The position numbers were made by a program, and so were the translations under genes. A DNA stretch of 64,000 bases from Sphyrna mokarran (taxonomy: Eukaryota). The notes under the pieces are model-generated. The model did not search any database and had not been told where the DNA came from. It worked only from the letters and a program-made list of their open reading frames with translations. Positions 1-12,140 of this stretch are shown here, one piece after another (the first letter of the stretch is position 1; every line of letters begins with the position of its first letter). Location of the stretch: contig JAGIQG010000016.1 in assembly GCA_024679065.1 (NCBI GenBank), forward strand, positions 12,400,001 to 12,464,000, read 5' to 3'.

Positions 1-1000
1 TTAGCTAGCTCCAGCCTGTATGCTGGACCTTTGCGGTCAATTCTCCCTCAGCTGTTGAAGATGCAACAACAGAGACAAGGAATGTAGGGGAAGCTAACAG
101 CCAAACACGGCTGACTGTGACGCTAATGGGAGCTCTGCCAAATCTTTCAGAAAAAAAAAAAACAGCAATTATCTGTCTTGCGCGGTTTCTGGGCCAGGAC
201 TACAAGGATAGCTTCTGTGGTGGAAAGGTTAGGGCAGGGAAACTCATTAAGGGTGACGAGGTACAAAAGATGCCTGATACAGCAGGCCGTATCAGAGTTC
301 AGAGGTCAGCAGCTGAATCAAAGAGGTCCACAGCTGACGGGCTGATCAGACTCACAGATATCCTGCTGTCCATGCCTCAGAGCCTCAAGTGCTTGTATGA
401 ACCCGGGGAATAGCACTGAGATTTAGCGGCATGCAACACTACCCCTTGAGAATGTGGCCTAATCACAGAGGTTCATGATTGTGGGGCAGGAGGGTGTGAC
501 CCAGTGTTAGAGGGCACTTGCAGCGGCAATTGACACGTGCCTCAGATTGAAGTTCCCACTGCAGAGTTCTCATCCAGCAGAAGTGGCACGCAAATGTTCC
601 TCCGTGATTGGCAAGGCCAGATTACATCGGAGCGTCTGGAGCTCACTGTAAAAGTACCACTGGTCCAAGGAGAGAATGGCAGATCTTCTGCACCTGCAAG
701 GGAGAAGGAAGGGCTTGAGCCCATATGGGACAGTCCCCCCACAAGATGGTGGCTATAGCTATACATTCTGACTGCTGTCTTCCTGACACCAGGCATCTCA
801 GAGACTAAGGGGTGAAAAAGAGTGACATGAAAAATAAACAGGGAGATGGAAGCCAGCCAGGGCTCCCAAGTTCCAGGGCGACATGTAGTACAGGCAACAG
901 GACGAGATAGGCAGAAAGCCGCCTCCACTTCTGATGAAAGTTGTGTGCAGGCACTGAAACGTAGTGTTAGTCCACATTAGGTAAGTCATTGTGGTTCCGC
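1..1000 (+). mobile_element. Possible degenerate PIF/Harbinger ORF2 (Myb/SANT gene) region
   Basis: GC-richer block with broken ORFs (SAAESKRSTADGLIRLTDILLSMPQSL) that converges on a minus-strand Harbinger transposase end at 1661-1850. No diagnostic motif seen. Confidence 0.3.
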
Positions 1001-1660
1001 TAAGATCTCACAGATGAAGGGCTCATTAAATTAGACAAATCTTCACATACCTTAACATTTTCAGTTCACATTTTTTAATGTTCAAACTTACATTTAAAAC
1101 ATCTTTATTGCTATTATTAAATGTGTTTTCATCACCTATCTGTAACTAATTAGTCTCATATTTGTCTTGAATAGAACTCTGTTCAATTAAATATCGCTGA
1201 AGAGATGCTTCATCTTGATGGCAGTTGACGAGCCCACTCAACTCTATGTCACTTAAAAAAAAACGAAAAGATTCGCTCCCCAGAATCCAAGGGCGTTTCC
1301 CTCGCGCTCCCGAAGCCATCCGCTCCTGAGTTGTTTATGGGTGTTTCAGGTCCCTGTCCCACTTTATAGATGTGGACCTTAGTACCAGAGTACATGCAGA
1401 GCTCTGTATTTTTTTTTGTATTGTGGAGCTCAATTGTCAACAAAGAACAAAGAGCAAAACAGCAACACTGGTAGGAGTCGGCCTACACTGAAGCGACACG
1501 TTTTCATAATTGCACTTTGAGAATCACTTTCATTTTGTTGCCTGCAAAAGGAACTCTTATCACATAGAATCCAGGCCCACAACTCTGGGGAGACGACATT
1601 GCAAGTAACAGAAGGAATTTGATGATGTTGGGGGCTTACTAAACTTATAAAAAGCAGCTC

Positions 1661-1850
1661 CTAGTGACAGAACCGCCTAATGATCATGGCCTCCCTCACA
1701 TGGCTCACTCAAGTTGCCAGATCTCAACCACCTTGGTGGATTTTCTGGGCCTTGTCCTGCCTTTCTTCCTCCTTCTCTTCCTGTTCGTCCTCCTCTAGCA
1801 ACGCCATACTGCTCGGCCTCCATGACCTCCTCCTCCTCCTCGTCCTATGA
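1661..1850 (-). mobile_element. PIF/Harbinger transposase C-terminal remnant
   Basis: Acidic run DEEEEEVMEAE followed by REAMIIRRFCH*, resembling the acidic tail and terminal R-x-x-L-I-x-x-x-F motif of HARBI1-like transposases. Confidence 0.55.
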
Positions 1851-1869
1851 TATGTCAACTGTCAACTAC

Positions 1870-2127
1870 TTCCGCGGGGCCCTCTAGTATAGCTTCTTGA
1901 TAGTGCCTGGTGTTTTGATGCCGTGTTGTGTCATTCGCAGTCTGGCACAGAAGCGAGGTGACCTTCTTGGGAAGGAGGACGACAAGGAGACGAACCAGCG
2001 AGGGAGGGGAGACGCCAAGTAGAAGTAGTATAAGGAAGAGGAAGATTAAGGAAGTGAGAAGGACGATGACGAAACAGGCATGTGTTAATGGTCAGGGAGA
2101 TTTATCATCACGAGCTTTGACCACTAG
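1870..2127 (+). mobile_element. PIF/Harbinger transposase C-terminal remnant
   Basis: Translates GAL*YSFLIVPGVLMPCCVIRSLAQKRGDLL, matching the HARBI1-type GALQYSP...ACCVLHN..RG motif. An acidic tail follows. In-frame stop present. Confidence 0.75.
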
Positions 2128-2149
2128 TGGCATGTATTGCAGACTTGTT

Positions 2150-2870
2150 TTCTAGCGAGGATGGTCGAACCATTTCCGATGACCACCTGAGTCGGGGATC
2201 AACTTCAACAGCAGCAGCAAACGTGCTCTGAAACAAGGCAACTCATGAAAATAATTTAGCATGTTCCTTTGTAACTGGGCCACATTCGCTAAGATTAAAG
2301 GAACATCATGCAACATGTTGCCAGCTGCAAGCAGGCCCCTACGATCTTGTGGCCTCGTCCACCCGATATACATTTGTACATTTGTTGTGCACACCAGCGC
2401 ATAACCCAGATCCATCATCGTAAACGTAAGCCACTAATGTAAGTATCTTTGCCATGGCGTGTTTCAAGATGAAAGCTAAGACAAAATGGTTTCAGCCTCC
2501 ACGGTCCCGTTATCCACAACCTCTGTGGAATCCAGTAATCTGTCTGGTGCACAATAGTGGGGAGCACAATGGAGTCCAACATGCCAGATGGCCTGGATCT
2601 GTTATGGTTCCTTCCTGCAACACAGGACATAAGGTTAAGTGAAAAGCATGGGGAGGAATCTGAGCTGCATGTGAATTATCAGAAGGTTGCTCCAAAAAGA
2701 GTCGGATTAATATCTGCTCAGCGCTATGTTCTACATTGAACATGGCATCACTGAAGGTCACAATGCCCTTCTATACAAAAAGATCCAGAGCCTCTTCTCA
2801 ATGGGTGTTAGAACTCGAATATCAGGCGCACCACCCTGTGTTTTTGCACTGACACCGCAATTATGTCTAT
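2150..2870 (-). mobile_element. PIF/Harbinger ORF2 (Myb/SANT-like) remnant
   Basis: KTQGGAPDIRVLTPIEKR at about 2790-2845 matches the TGGG...LTPxE motif of Harbinger Myb/SANT proteins. Convergent with the transposase remnant at 1870-2127. Confidence 0.65.
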
Positions 2871-3079
2871 ACATCAACTATGGGGACAACATGAATTATG
2901 TGAAGTTTAGTAGCATAAGACGTGAATGTTTCAGATTGTCGCCCTCAGTTGTCAACGGTTGTGGTAGTCTTGGATGGAAGAAATGAGATTTTTGGACATC
3001 AGATGTTGAAGTCATTCAAGTCCTTGGGGAGGGAGGGGTGAATCACATGTCATGTAGCGGACAGATGTGAGATGAAGGA

Positions 3080-4610
3080 AATCACGATCCCTCGCTTTCT
3101 GGATGATGTCATTCAAGTTATTGCAGTAGTGTGGGAGGTTAGGGAGGAAATTACGTGTCCCCTACAGATGTAATTGTATCATCAATAGTCACAGGTGAAG
3201 TACCTGACTCTTGGAAGGTGGCAAATGTGATGTCTTTGTTTAAGGGTTGCAAGGGAAAGTCTAGGAACTGCAGGCCAATGATCCCCACATCTTTACTGAT
3301 TAAGTTGTTGGAAAGTTTTTGAGTGATCGGATCTACAGACTCTTAGACAAGCAATGACGGATTAGGCAAAACCAACATGCCTTTGTGAGTGAAAAATCAT
3401 GAGTAGCAAATTTGATTGAGGTTTCTTCGAAGGGTTAACCAAGAAGTAAATGAGGGCAATGCAATTAATGGTGTGTTCGTGGATTTTAGCCAGACGTTTG
3501 GCAAGGGACCACATGGTAGTTTGATGCATGACATTAAATCTCACGGAATCATGGTGACGTAGCCAAATGGATACAAAATTGGCTTGGTGACAGAAGACAG
3601 AACGTGGTTATAGAGTGTTGTTTTCCAAACCGGAGGTCTGTAACCATCGGTGTGCCTCAGGAATCGGTAAGTCTCCACTTTCATTTGCCATTTATCTCAA
3701 CGAGTTGGATGACTATTTTGCAGCTATGGTTCGTAAGTTCGTAGATGACATCAAAATTCGTGGCACAGTGTAGAAAGAAGGAGGTTATCTCGGATTGCAA
3801 CGGCATTTTAACCAGTTGAGCTAGTGGCTGACGAATGGCAGATGAAGTTTCACTTAGATAAATGCGAGATGATTTGCTGGATTGAACCAGCGCAGAGTCT
3901 TCTGTGCTGATGATAGGGCATTGGTAGGACTGATAGAACTGAGATACCTAAGGCTAGAGATTCATAACTCTTTGATTTGGAGTCATAGTTGAAAAGAATG
4001 TTGAAGAAGACATTTATTGGTCAGAACATTGAATAAAGGAGATGGGGCGTTTTGTTGAAGTTGTATAAGACATTGGTGAGGCCCACAAATGGAATGGAAT
4101 GTACAGTTCTGTTCACTCTATTATAGAAGGGATATTTCAAACCAGAAAGAGCACAGAAATTATTTACTAGGATGTAAACTGGAGTTGATGGTTTTACTCA
4201 AAAGGAGAGGTTGCATGTACTGGGACATTTTCTCTGGTGCATCTGGAGATCACGGATGATCTTATTGCGAGCTATAAAATAATAACCAATTTAGATCATC
4301 TAGACGGTCAAGTTATTTTCCCAAATGTAAGGGACGCTAAAACTAGAACACATGGTTTTAAGGTGAGAGGGAAGTGAAACAAAGTGGCCCAAAAGGGCAA
4401 TTGATAATATAGAGGGAAATGTGTTTCTGGAGCAAACTTCCACAGCCAGTAGAATTTTGACTTCTAAAAAGCGTTTAGACAGTTACATGAGGAAGGTGGT
4501 TGTAGAATGATGTGCACCAAACGCAGACATGTGGGAGTGGCATATGTATTAACAAAGCCGCGGCATGTACATATTGAGCCGAAAGACCAGTTTCCAAGCC
4601 TTAAACCGCT
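3080..4610 (+). mobile_element. CR1 LINE, 5'-truncated and degenerate (RT to 3' end)
   Basis: Fragments WEVREEI, IVTGEVPDSWKVANV, GVPQESV, KFVDDIKI and YKTLVRP. Many stops and frameshifts. Confidence 0.9.
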
Positions 4611-5630
4611 GCGGATCTGTGACACTGCCTGCCGGTTATCCTGTCCAGTTCTCTGGCAGTAACTCCAAGTTGCACAGACTCCCAAGCTACTATTCCATCG
4701 CTTCATCTTGGACGGCGTCCTGCTAGGGGGAAAACTGTATCACGTTTTTAAACCCTCCAGCAAAAAGTTCAGGCCTGCATCCTAAAGTTAAGAAATTGTC
4801 TTCCTGGTGGCAATTCCTTCCTACACTGCACGCCTGCCTTATCAGAGCACATCATCTGGAAGAATTTTGATCGAGCCTAGCGTTCGTTGGAGCATTCGAG
4901 CGCATTAAATGAGTTTGATTTTTTTTGCAATAAAGGAAAAGCCAAGCAGTAATTTGCAGTTGCGGTTGTGGATTTAGTAGGGGTGGGGTGGGTAATTTTT
5001 GTCTTTGAAATTGGTGGCAGGGCAGTGAGGGGACATGTCAATAAGCCATCAGAGCCTGGGCGGTGAGGGCTGGTAGGGTAGGGAAGGGGGCTGCGAAGAT
5101 GGGGCCATCTGCCAGACGGTGTAGGGGTTGGCCACCAGGGATGGGTTGTATGGGAGATAGGTGGGGCAGAAATGTTCGGATCTCCGGTGTCTGTGAGGGA
5201 GAGCTTGGAATATTTTTGGTCCTCACCTCTTTATTTTTGCAGCTAGGCTGCATTTTTTGTGTTGTCTCTATGCATGCACTGTTCTATGCACCTCCGATAT
5301 GATCTGCACCTTCTCCAGCTCATTGGGCTATACCTCCAGTCTCCTGCCTAGGCACAGATAAGCTATTATTTTCTCAAAGTTCAGAATGTTGGACATTAGA
5401 ACTCGCCGGAGAAACTGACCAACTCTATTTTTTTTTCATGATAACTGGAGACTGAGACAAAACCTCGTAAATTTCCGCCAGATGTTTTATTTCATTTTGT
5501 GTGCATAATTGCAAGCATGAATTGTGCATAATTACAGGCATGTTATTTTTTTTTTCTGTAGCTAAACAGATTTAGACAATAAAATGTTAAGTTTGCAAAA
5601 ATGTGAATTTCAGTCACGTTCCATACTCAC

Positions 5631-5666
5631 CTAATCCTTGTAATAATCTTTTGCATGTCGATAGTT
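5631..5666 (-). CDS. Micro-exon 21 (36 nt): ELSTCKRLLQGL
   Basis: aaatctgcactgcag|AACTATCGACATGCAAAAGATTATTACAAGGATTAG|gtgagt. Confidence 0.85.
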   Translation of the reverse strand, partial: NYRHAKDYYKD

Positions 5667-5976
5667 CTGCAGTGCAGATTTATTTTTTTATTATATAATT
5701 GAACTGCCTTTGTTTCTCAAAGTCAACAATTGATTCATCCATAAATGTTGCCTAATATTTGGCCATCACAAAGTAACGTCAGAACATGCGCACTAGTTTT
5801 GCATTTGCTTTGCACATATCGACTTCTATTTATCCAAAATAGCCCAAGACAATCCAGTTGCCAAACGACCTCGTTAAGTGTCAAGCATAACCGTCCTCTC
5901 AAAGAATATCAATAGGTCATTCATAAGATTTGAACGTCGTTGCTGTCGGTAGGATTGTAGTTTATATTTAGGTTAC

Positions 5977-6003
5977 CTTTTTCTTTGTCGGCCAACTTGT
6001 CCT
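5977..6003 (-). CDS. Micro-exon 20 (27 nt): EDKLADKEK
   Basis: gttgtttgctgcctaatag|AGGACAAGTTGGCCGACAAAGAAAAAG|gtaacc. Confidence 0.85.
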
Positions 6004-6370
6004 CTATTAGGCAGCAAACAACATATAAATAATGCAATGTAAATACAAGTTCGAAAGTACAAATTTATTTAACTGTGCCCCGATCTGAATCGTCAAGAAT
6101 CTTCTCAAGTGTTCTTTTAACGAATGTGGAATAACAGGTACCCTTTAGAGGAAATTTTGCAGATTAATAGACCAACATGAATTCATATATTTACATGTTA
6201 CTAGAATGTGTAAGTTAATGACTTATTTGTTTGGTCATTAAAAATGCAACGAATCATTGGAGATGTTCGCAGTCACATCAAATGGTTTCTATTTCTAAGA
6301 TAAAATATGTCAACAGAACACGTGTCTACAATTACGAAAGTTAGAGACATTGGCATTTCAAATGACTCAC

Positions 6371-6406
6371 CAAGTTCCATCAATGATTTTTCATACTTGG
6401 CAATTT
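6371..6406 (-). CDS. Micro-exon 19 (36 nt): EIAKYEKSLMEL
   Basis: attaaatttgatccag|AAATTGCCAAGTATGAAAAATCATTGATGGAACTTG|gtgagt. Tyr replaces the usual Cys. The peptide is visible in ORF 6273..6461. Confidence 0.8.
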
Positions 6407-6607
6407 CTGGATCAAATTTAATATAACGTTTTTTTTCACGTTCAATAGATTCTATTACCAAATGCTATGAAATTTGTTCGAAAAAAATAAAAGAAACACG
6501 AAAACGGACTGCTAGCTGCCTAGAACTTGAATAAAAGAAACAATTGAACAGAACAATTAATTCACTTATCAAAGGCAAGGCTACATTTTATGATACAGTA
6601 AATAGTG

Positions 6608-6850
6608 TCACAACACCAAGTTAAAGTCCAGCAGTTTTATTTGGCAGCACGAGCATTTGGAACACATTTTTTTTTTTCATCAGATGAATGCTGGATTGTT
6701 TCAAATGCTGAAAAATAAGTGTACTCGCCTGATGAAGGAACCGTGCTCCAAAAGTTACTGCCACCAAATAAACGTGTTGGATTTTAATCTGGTGCTGTGA
6801 GATTGCTCACTGTGGCTACACCAGTCCAACGCCTGCAGCTTCATTTCCTG
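6608..6850. mobile_element. Penelope-like element terminus arranged as an inverted repeat
   Basis: Arm tcacaacaccaagttaaagtccagcagttttatttggcagc (from 6608) is the imperfect reverse complement of the arm ending ...ccaaataaacgtgttggattttaatctggtgctgtga (6800). Contains CTGATGAAGG-stem-CCAAAAG. Confidence 0.65.
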
Positions 6851-7339
6851 ACGTTTCATGTTGGCCGCACAGCTGCATATTATCTAGGGTAGCGAGCAAT
6901 GTGCAATGCAATGCGACTTAGTCACGGATACTTACGACTTAAGAACGTCAAAAATAAGTTATACAAAGCTAAAACACTGCGCTGAATGTCAAAATGGAGT
7001 GCCAATGCGGCAGCAATATTTTCAATCAACTCAATTCTAAGAATGGCGGGCGAAGGGAATTTTGTCAGTCCTTAGCAGAATCTTCCGACTGCAACAGCCA
7101 GAACAGATTCTTTTCAAATTAAGCTGATCCTGTATGCTATGTGCTATGTTTTCAGCATTCTGAGAGAATTTTGACTGTATCCTTGCAGACATCAATTCCC
7201 AGCACAACAAGGCTAATGGTAATGCAGTCCAGCACAGTCTGTTAAAGAGGGAATAATTTATGTAAACTGCAAAAGCAAATATATACATTTGCAATGTTGA
7301 ATGTCTTGAAATTTCTTTGGCAGCTGAGCGCCATCACAA

Positions 7340-8660
7340 TCCGTTCATGTATCCTAAATAGTGGGGAAGGCAGAGGACGAAATTATTGGGGCATTGAGAG
7401 AAATATTTTAATCTTTACTGGTTACAGGGGAGGTCCAAGATGACTGGAGAATAGTCAGTGTGGTTCCGTCGTTTCAACAGGATGCCAAAGATTATCCAAG
7501 TTACCCAGTGTCCAGTTAGCGCGAAAAATATAAAAAAACAACCTTTTATTTATGGGTGAGCCTTTGGTCAAGAGTAAGTATATTATTGGAGATGATTCTT
7601 TGAGATAGGTTTTAATCATACGTGGAAATAAGTTGACATGTTAGCGAGAGGCGACAGGATTTTATGAGATGATGTCTTGCCTCAATATTTTCATTTTTTT
7701 TGACGAAGTGACGAAGACACTTGATGAGGGTAAGGCAGCGGATGTTGCCTCCATGAGCTTTGCCTTTTACAAAGTTCCTCATGGCAGACTGATACAGAAC
7801 GTGAAGTCGTCGTCTTGTTACAAAAGTTGCAGCCGACACAAAAGTTGTTGGAATAGTGAATGCTAATGAGGACCGAGGATAGTTCGAGATACAAATCAGT
7901 GGAGACTGGAGCACAGCAATGGAGATGGAGTTTTATCCGGGAAAATGCAGTTAATGCATTTTCATTATCTAATAGAGATGACGAATACACAGTAAATAAC
8001 AGAACCTTGAAGAGTATTGATAGACACAGGGATCTTAGCGTGCAGGCGCACAAGTCACTGAAACTGACAATACTGCTTGGGAAGATCGTCGAGAAGGCAT
8101 CCGGCATTCAGGCCTTCATTGGCCGGGATATGGAATTCAAAAAATGGCGATTCATCTTTCAAGTTTATAGAACCGCGCACCATGGTTGGAATGCAATGTT
8201 CAATTCTCGTCGTCACGCTACCATAATAATTTGAAGAGCTTGGAAAAGAAAAAAAGAGCTTTTTTTTCGTTGAGAAGGCATTTACTATGAAAAGACAGGG
8301 TGAAATTGGGTGTTTCTTACTGGAACGATGGAAGTGGAGGGCGGCCCAAAAGAAGTCTACAAGGCCGCGAAGGACATGAACAGAGTCGATACTCAGAACT
8401 TTTCCAAGATTGGAAGAGTAATTTATGGGGGGGAAGGAGGGGGGAGGGGGGTTGTGGAGCGTGGGCACCTGTAGCTTGCAGCCGCTGGAGTTCATGGGAG
8501 CAGGTACCATAGTAACTTATGAGGGGCATCTTGAGATCTAAAAGAACAGGATAGGAGTAAAGAGATACGGTCAGGGAAGGGCAGTAATTTTAGGTCATTC
8601 GGGTAGCATGGCCGGTGCGGGCTTGGATGGCCGAAGAGCTAATTCCCGTGTATTTTTATT
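7340..8660 (+). mobile_element. CR1 LINE remnant
   Basis: TGEVQDDWRIVSVVP, FFDEVTKTLDEGKAADVASMSFAFYKVPHGRL, YTVNNRTLKSIDRHRDL. CR1-type tail ggccgaagagct near 8630. Confidence 0.9.
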
Positions 8661-8814
8661 TTATTACTTGCTCTGATACTGTGGTACGCTAGAATTCAAC
8701 GTACGATTTTCTGAGTTTTGTTTTGGAACTGTTGTTTGGCATTGGGGTGGCCAAATGGGGTTTGTCAATGTTGTGCCGTTGTAACGGTGGCACAGAAGGC
8801 CTTCTGGGATGCTT

Positions 8815-9210
8815 TTTGATTTGATTTATTATTGTCACATGCAATAGTACACCGTCACGTGTATTGTTATTTTTGCACGCTATTAAGACAAAATAGGATA
8901 ATGAAGTAAAGTGGAGAGTGTGGAATGGCTACACTCATGGCTAGGAGTGGAGAAATATCAAATTCGTCTTAGAAAAGTACAATTAAAAGTCTGATGGAAG
9001 GAGGGAAGAAACTGTCCTTGAGTCGATTGGTCCGTGACTTGAGACTATTGTATCGTTTATTTTCCCCCGAAAAAAAAAGTTGAAAAACATATATCGATGG
9101 ATTATTAATTATGCTGGCTGATTTTTCTAAACAAGTGGAATTTGTAATAGAATCAATGGGTGAGAGGTTGTTCCGCGTGATGGATTGGGTTTCATAGATT
9201 TTACACATTT
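8815..9210 (-). mobile_element. Rex1/Babar-like LINE 3' end
   Basis: ORF 8969..9208 ends RYNSLKSRTNRLKDSFFPPSIRLL. Tail aataaatcaaatcaa on the minus strand. Confidence 0.75.
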
Positions 9211-9404
9211 TCTTTAAGCATTTTGAAGTTATACGGCTATCGCACGAGCATTTATTTGTAACTTTAGTTTTCCCTGGTGCCTTACAAAATCACGGATTAT
9301 TGCATTTTTTTTCGTGAACTCAATTCATATATTTTGCAGTAACGCTGACATTGACCAGCTCAATATTTCGAAGTTCAAAATATTGAATGTTTTACTCCAT
9401 ATAC

Positions 9405-9431
9405 CTTCGTTTTTGGTTTCCAACTTTGCTT
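9405..9431 (-). CDS. Micro-exon 18 (27 nt): EAKLETKNE
   Basis: ttttgttttattttcaatcag|AAGCAAAGTTGGAAACCAAAAACGAAG|gtatat. Confidence 0.85.
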
Positions 9432-9836
9432 CTGATTGAAAATAAAACAAAAAAATCCAGACAATGTAAATTGAACGCAAATCACTGGGAAGTTGGGGGG
9501 AGAGTGTAATTCTCTCATAAATACATTAATTTACCAAAATATTGCAGGATTTTTTCAATGAAAAATACGTTTTGACAACGATACGACAACACATTGACTG
9601 TAGTACTGCAATACCGTTTTTTTTTAATACATCTTCTGAAATCCTTGTGATGGATCTCCAGATTGTCGAACACATAAGTTTGTAACGTTTCCTATGTCTA
9701 CAAAATTGCTACGATACACTTAATAAGCTTAGAGGTATGTCAAAATGTTCCCGTAGCTTCGTACAAGTAGGTGGAGCACGAGCACGTTCACCTGTGAAAG
9801 ATGATATTTTTAGTAGAAGTGTTAATTGATACTCGC

Positions 9837-9872
9837 CTAACTCGTTCAACAACTGTTTGCACTTGGCTATTT
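9837..9872 (-). CDS. Micro-exon 17 (36 nt, GC donor): EIAKCKQLLNEL
   Basis: gatttacctgtacatag|AAATAGCCAAGTGCAAACAGTTGTTGAACGAGTTAG|gcgagt. The peptide is visible in ORF 9709..9891. Confidence 0.8.
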
Positions 9873-10349
9873 CTATGTACAGGTAAATCAAAGTTATGAT
9901 TAATTTGACAAGTCATTCGTTTAATTAGTTCATTAGCAGCGTAACATTTCAATGTGCTGAATGATTTACAAAACATATAGCTGTTAAAGTGTTTCTCATG
10001 CATGTATTAAGGACTTGAATGTCACAGAACCAACATAAGAGAAACCGTCGTTCAGTTGCCCAAAAACATTTTAAAAAATGTTATAGATTTACGTTATAGC
10101 CCATATGAAATAGAAAGGGGGGATCATGAGACAGTGAAACATCGTGGAGGCAGAATCAGATAAATAAACATGTTGCACATTGGGTACAGTGTTTAGTTGG
10201 ACAACACATAAGGCCTATTTCTTGCGGGCTACGGTGAGATCAAATGCCTCGAAGCCGTGAACCATGCATTCGACAGAAGCTATGTCTATACTTTAAGACA
10301 ATCAGTAATAAACCATATTTCTGTTAAACGGTTGGAGATAATGGATAAC

Positions 10350-11610
10350 ATCAACCTATGAATGCCCATGGACTAGGTAAGGTGTTGAGGATGGCCTTCT
10401 CAAGGGCAATTAAGGATTGGTAGGAGAAACTGATCCAATAACTGATCCTCATCTGATCAGACAAATAATATGAAGTAGCAAGGCTGAAAATCAGAAGAGA
10501 TTGAGCATGTGGCATCAAAGTGTGGAAGCAAATCAAAACCAGCAATCGATGGGAAAGGGCGTTTTGTCAGCAGCCCTGTCGCAGAGTTAGAATGCCATGC
10601 GAATTAGTTATTTTTGCAACTACTCCATTGGGGAAAAAAATGTTTCTATTATGTCACGATCTTGGAGAAGTCCACTTTGTAATCATCCAAATAAATGATT
10701 ACCGTGTATTCACTGTCCATATGAGAACTGAGGCGAACTCAAATAAAAATGTTGTTGTTGTTTTCTACATGGATTTCAGTAAGGCATGTGAAGTGTGTTA
10801 GGTAATACAGCAGTATACAGGTACACTGTAAAATTGGGCAGGAAAATGTCAGATGAAATTAAATATGAAGAAATGCAAATGATACAATTCCGTAGATGCA
10901 ATTCGGGGTTGGAGCTAAAAACAAATCAGAGCAATCAGGAGCATAGACAAATAGAGGACTGGGAATACAGGTGTGCAGATCCTTAAATGTGGCAGCACAG
11001 GTGGAAACATCGTGAAGAACACATATGGCATGTTCATCTTTATCGAAGGGGCACCGAGTATAAAAGTTGGCAAATTATGTTATAGTTGTATCAAGTATTG
11101 GTTCGGCCACAATTGGAATACTGCATCCATTTCTGCATCCATGCACAAAATAACTTGGACATTTTGTAGAGAGTGCAAAAAGGTTTACCAGGTTGATGGC
11201 TGGAATGGAGGGTTCTAAGGAGAGATTGACTATACTGGGATTGGTCTCCCTGGAAAGATGAGGACTTAAACGGCAAACTGATTGAAGTTTATATAGTTAG
11301 GGTGAGGTGCTTGAAGTTTTTTTTTGTTTTTCTAGAGCTTAAATGACAAGCAGAGGGGAACGTAATTTCAAGCTAACGAGTGAATGGCTCAGTTGAGATT
11401 TGCAGGCTTTTTTCAACGCAGAGAGTGAAGGCGGCTCAGAATGCAGTGCAATGTGAAGTGATTGAGACAGTTAAGATGGTCACATTTAAGACTTACCTGA
11501 TAGGCATATTTATAAACTTGGAATAGAGGGATGTACGATGATTGTTTATATAGTTAAACGTGGTTGGCACAGCTGCTCCTATGCTGTAGTGTTTTCTGTT
11601 ATTTGTTGGT
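10350..11610 (+). mobile_element. Old CR1 LINE remnant
   Basis: VVVFYMDFSKA, NIVKNTYGMFIFI and other CR1 RT C-terminal similarity. Heavily decayed. Confidence 0.75.
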
Positions 11611-12113
11611 TATGTTGTTCTTTCCTTGAAAACGGGGTCTCTGCATAGAAGAGGTCCAATATTTCATTAGTTAATTTGATATAGTTTAATTGTTCAGTGA
11701 AAATGCTTGCCCACAGAACTTAACATTTCCAGGTAAGTAACTGCAAATCTTAAAAGTATTTCGAGGTTGATCGGTGATTGCTCAAGACTAGCTTTTTAAC
11801 GGTTGAATCCTAGTTAAATTATGATAGGCGCAAGGTGCTTACATTTGCTGACAGACATCGAAATTCCTGTTCACTTCGGGACCGCAAGTCTAGCACCCAA
11901 ATTTGCAATTAATCACTTTTAAACGTTTGAAGAGGTAACATGCAGAGATGCATCAAATACTTGCTTTAGTTATAGATAAAGGACACATTTATGCCTTTGT
12001 GCAAGAGGTGGCTGAAAGTGGTTTGCAAAATCATTGATGAAACACTTTGAATAAGAATGGGTTAGGAATTCATTCTTATCTAATTCATACCATTGCATAT
12101 TTTACTTTGTTAC

Positions 12114-12140
12114 CTTTTTCGCATTCTTCCAGTTTTTCTT
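12114..12140 (-). CDS. Micro-exon 16 (27 nt): EEKLEECEK
   Basis: gtttctttgccaacag|AAGAAAAACTGGAAGAATGCGAAAAAG|gtaaca. Confidence 0.85.

Noticed and set aside
9615-9635. 21-nt phase-1 candidate exon EDVLKKN (minus)
   Set aside because: Weak acceptor, poly-A content, no homology to the 27/36 classes, and it breaks the alternation.
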